Below are positions 61,161 to 64,000 of a stretch of 64,000 bases of DNA, one piece after another. Source of the DNA: Methanomassiliicoccaceae archaeon (GTDB lineage Archaea > Thermoplasmatota > Thermoplasmata > Methanomassiliicoccales > UBA472); the NCBI GenBank assembly GCA_963768775.1, contig CAVYIY010000005.1, positions 79,776-143,775 on the forward strand, in the 5' to 3' direction. The stretch's first letter is position 1. Every line of letters begins with the position of its first letter. The notes beneath the pieces are model-generated. The model saw only the letters and a list, made by a program, of their open reading frames with translations. It ran no database searches and was not told the origin of the DNA. Made by a program: the position numbers and the translations under genes.

Positions 61161-62261
61161 TCAGCACTTGGGGGAGTAGCCGCTCATCAGGCTCGGGGAT
61201 TTCACTCCGGTGACGACGACCATTACCCGCATCTTCCCTTCCATGGTCGGATCGACCGCGCAACCCCAAATGATGCGCGCCTGCGGATTGATCCTCATGC
61301 CCACCAACTCCGCGACCTTCTCCGCCTCGGTGACCGTCATGTCCGGACCGCCTACGACCCGGATCAGCGCCCCGCGCGCGTCCGAGGTGTCGATATCTCC
61401 CAGCAGCGGAGAGCCCATGGCGCTGGCGACGGCCTTCTCCACCTTCTCGATCTTTCCGTCGTTGTCATCCGAGTCTCCGAGGCCGATCATGGCCACTCCG
61501 CCGTTCTTCATTATCGTCAGCAGGTCGTTGTAATCGACGTTCACTAGACCGGGAACGGTAATCGCCTCTGTGATCCCTTTGATGCTCTGCATCAGCACCT
61601 CGTCCGCGACCTTGAAGGCCGCTTCTAAGGGGAGCTTGGGGACGAGCTCGATCAGGCGGTCGTTTGCAATTACAATAGTGGTGTCACAGTGCTCCCGCAG
61701 GCGGTTCAGCCCACGAAGCGCGTTCTCGGTTCTGACCCGGCCCTCGGCCTTGAAGGGCATGGTGACCACGCCCATCACCAATGATCCGCCCATCTTGGCC
61801 ATTTCCGCAATGACCGGTGCCGACCCGGTGCCGGTGCCGCCACCCATGCCCGCGGTCACGAAAACGATGTGCCGGTTCTCAACATACTTCGCGAGTTCGG
61901 CGCGCGCCTCCTGAGCGGATTGCGCTCCGATCTCCGGTATCGCTCCGGCGCCCAATCCTCTCGTGGTCGACCTGCCGAGCAGGACCTTGTTCGGCGCTTG
62001 AATCGAGAGCAAGTGCCTTGCGTCGCTGTTCGCAGCTACCAGGGTGGTCCCGGCGATGCCGGACTGGGCAAGTCTCCTGATGGTGTTCGAGCCACCACCA
62101 CCGCATCCGATGATGCTGATGTTCACTCGCAGCTGCTCCACCAATTTCCTTAGCTCATCGTCGTCCGGGCTGATCGATGGCCCCATCTGGCTCCCGGTAG
62201 GAAGATAGCCATTGCTTGCGGCAGAGTCTTTAGCAATCTCGCTGTCATTAACTGATTTCAT
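61161..62261 (-). CDS. ftsZ: Cell division GTPase FtsZ
   Basis: GCGGGGSN, GMGGGTGTG, PF..EG, NVD.ND T7 loop, IIWG. Confidence 0.96.
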   Translation of the reverse strand: MKSVNDSEIAKDSAASNGYLPTGSQMGPSISPDDDELRKLVEQLRVNISIIGCGGGGSNTIRRLAQSGIAGTTLVAANSDARHLLSIQAPNKVLLGRSTTRGLGAGAIPEIGAQSAQEARAELAKYVENRHIVFVTAGMGGGTGTGSAPVIAEMAKMGGSLVMGVVTMPFKAEGRVRTENALRGLNRLREHCDTTIVIANDRLIELVPKLPLEAAFKVADEVLMQSIKGITEAITVPGLVNVDYNDLLTIMKNGGVAMIGLGDSDDNDGKIEKVEKAVASAMGSPLLGDIDTSDARGALIRVVGGPDMTVTEAEKVAELVGMRINPQARIIWGCAVDPTMEGKMRVMVVVTGVKSPSLMSGYSPKC

Positions 62262-62332
62262 AGTGCACCCATCCTTGCGGGTATATGTGGACATCGATAT
62301 ATAAATCCATTTTTTTCCAGGCTGTTGGATTC

Positions 62333-63106
62333 TTAAAGGAACTCGAATGCGGTACCGCAATTGCCGCAGCTCATTTCTGAGGGTTCAAGCCTTAAGCCGC
62401 ATTCGGGACAGATGTCACCCACCATTGCTCCGCAGGGACAAAGCTCCCCTTCCTTCATCGGTTTCCCGCAAAATGGGCACGGTTCTTCTTCCAGCACGCC
62501 AAATTGCTCCCGGCATTCCGGGCATTCCATGCTTCGTGGAGGCACCATGCAGCCGCAGGAGGGGCAGTCGAAGGTCTCATCGTCGCCTACGATTACGGTT
62601 CCGCATCGACATTCATTGCTGCCCTCGGGAAGGTCCAAGCCGCAGACGGGGCAGACGTGCAGCAGTTCTGACTGCCAGAGCATAGTGATCTCCGCTGCAG
62701 TTCTCTTCGGCTCGACCGAGGTTCTCAGCAACACCATGTTCTCTTGGGCGAGGGTTTCGATCGAGTAGCGCTTGCCGCAATAGGGGCAGAAGCCTGTGCG
62801 CGTGAGGCAAACCGGGTGGAAGACCTTGCCGCAGTCGCAGCGTGCATATTCTAATCCCTCTTTGACCCTGCCCAGGCATATCTGGCAAATGATCGGCTTT
62901 ATCTTCGGGCCAGAGACGATCACCCTCGGCCTCTCCTTCTTTCCCAGGGTCGACCTCCTGAGCACCTTTCGCAAGCGGTCGGTCGGCAGGTCGATTATCG
63001 CTCGGATATTATCGCCTGCATCCTCCGAGAGGTACTTCCGGACGTTCGTCGCTGTGATGACAACGAGCGCGCCGAGTGCAATAGCGATAAGGAGTTCCAT
63101 GAGCAC
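62333..63106 (-). CDS. Membrane-anchored RING-like and multi-zinc-ribbon protein
   Basis: N-terminal TM helix; C-x2-C-x12-C-x-C-x4-H-x2-C-x6-C-x2-C followed by eight CxxC/CxC knuckles. Confidence 0.75.
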   Translation of the reverse strand: MLMELLIAIALGALVVITATNVRKYLSEDAGDNIRAIIDLPTDRLRKVLRRSTLGKKERPRVIVSGPKIKPIICQICLGRVKEGLEYARCDCGKVFHPVCLTRTGFCPYCGKRYSIETLAQENMVLLRTSVEPKRTAAEITMLWQSELLHVCPVCGLDLPEGSNECRCGTVIVGDDETFDCPSCGCMVPPRSMECPECREQFGVLEEEPCPFCGKPMKEGELCPCGAMVGDICPECGLRLEPSEMSCGNCGTAFEFL

Positions 63107-63355
63107 CTCTTTCCATGATGCCTATCGATTTAAGGTCTTTGCCTGCTTGCTATTAACATTGATAGCAGAAGTCGGCAATGAAATCCAGAGATGACGGAAT
63201 CCATGTGGGTCGATTCTTCCTCCCTCTTGCCACGCAACCGTTGCGAGCAGGCATTCGATCAATGTTGCTCAGGGACGATCGGTCCTTTAACGGCATTTCC
63301 TACTCTGTGACAGCGTATTGCCAAATGATGGAGTATGGTCCAGTTTGACCGAACA

Positions 63356-64000
63356 TCATAGCCCAAGTCTGTTCGCAAGGTAGGTGATATAATCCTCCAT
63401 CGGGATGTCTAACTTCGACTTGTCCACATCCGTCTGCTTCGTTGCCGCGCAATCGAGGTGGATCCGGCATTTGGGGCACATGGTGAGAAGCCGGTCCGCT
63501 CCAGTCCCCTTTGCCTCGATGAGTCTTTCAATCTGCATCTGTTTCGCGGCGTTCCCGCAGGTGAGCCAGGCGCTGACGCCGCAGCAGGTGGACTTGTCCC
63601 GGTTGTTGGCCATCTCCTTGATCTCGACCCCGGTGAGCTTCAACAGGTCCCTCGGCTCCTCATAGACGCCGAGGTGCCTTCCAAGCCGACAGGGGTCCTG
63701 ATAGGTGATGGAATCTTTCTCTTTGACCTCGAGATTGATCTTTCCCTCTTTGGCCAACTCAGCCAGGTATTCCGTTACGTGCATCATCTCGTAGTCCAGA
63801 TCACCCGCCAGATCCTGATAATCCAATTTCCAGGTCCGATAGCATTCGGGGCAGGCGAAGACGATCCTCTTGGCGCCGGAATTCTTCACTGCTTCAAGGT
63901 TACGGTCCATGAGCTTCTCGAAGTTATCATTGTCCCCCGCCCAGTTGAGATCGTGGCCACAGCAGACCTCTTGGTTCGAAACTATTGGGACTACACCAGC
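63356..64000 (-). CDS. CCG-domain Fe-S oxidoreductase (HdrD/GlpC-like), C-terminal part; gene starts beyond the window
   Basis: EVCCG, CPEC, YQDPCRLGR, CCG, CPKC motifs. Confidence 0.85.
   Translation of the reverse strand, partial: AGVVPIVSNQEVCCGHDLNWAGDNDNFEKLMDRNLEAVKNSGAKRIVFACPECYRTWKLDYQDLAGDLDYEMMHVTEYLAELAKEGKINLEVKEKDSITYQDPCRLGRHLGVYEEPRDLLKLTGVEIKEMANNRDKSTCCGVSAWLTCGNAAKQMQIERLIEAKGTGADRLLTMCPKCRIHLDCAATKQTDVDKSKLDIPMEDYITYLANRLGL

Noticed and set aside
1-64000. CRISPR arrays, IS elements, integrases, rRNA or tRNA genes
   Set aside because: No regularly spaced repeats, transposase/integrase motifs or RNA-gene signatures were recognised by eye; a tRNAscan/Infernal run would be needed to exclude small RNAs.

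Overview
GC-rich archaeal DNA. Gene content and order fit Thermoplasmata, probably Methanomassiliicoccales-like (inference). Left to right: ADP-forming acyl-CoA synthetase beta fragment and a Pta-N/DRTGG protein; herA-mre11-rad50 without nurA; two PRTases, an ABC-2 exporter and a TctA-family permease; a PolB2 module (RadA-like gene, arCOG07300, polB2) split by a ~3.6 kb lower-GC block (beta-propeller surface protein, USP, AlkA, lipocalin); the large rpl3...secY-DUF106-cmk-cbf5 superoperon behind a ~190-nt structured leader; DUF5611, RaSEA and a Nox/CoADR-family flavoprotein; a ~10 kb hdrA-mvhD(wHTH)-hdrA-flxDC-flxB-flxA-like cluster headed by a hydrogenase small-subunit remnant; a divergent CobW GTPase/aquaporin pair; tyrS; the proteasome-exosome superoperon with ftsZ; a RING/zinc-ribbon membrane protein; a partial CCG protein. 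Best leads: (1) a 35-bp promoter element with a CACTTTC damage-type motif duplicated before both halves of the PolB2 module, (2) the HdrBC-less Hdr/Flx cluster with a winged-helix-fused MvhD and an upstream palindrome, (3) a possible riboregulatory rpl3 leader, (4) an aquaporin with a duplicated Cys-motif tail. Many essential genes at ~27-37 kb and ~56-60 kb carry indels that are most likely assembly errors, so coordinates there are approximate. All family calls come from motif recognition, not database searches.
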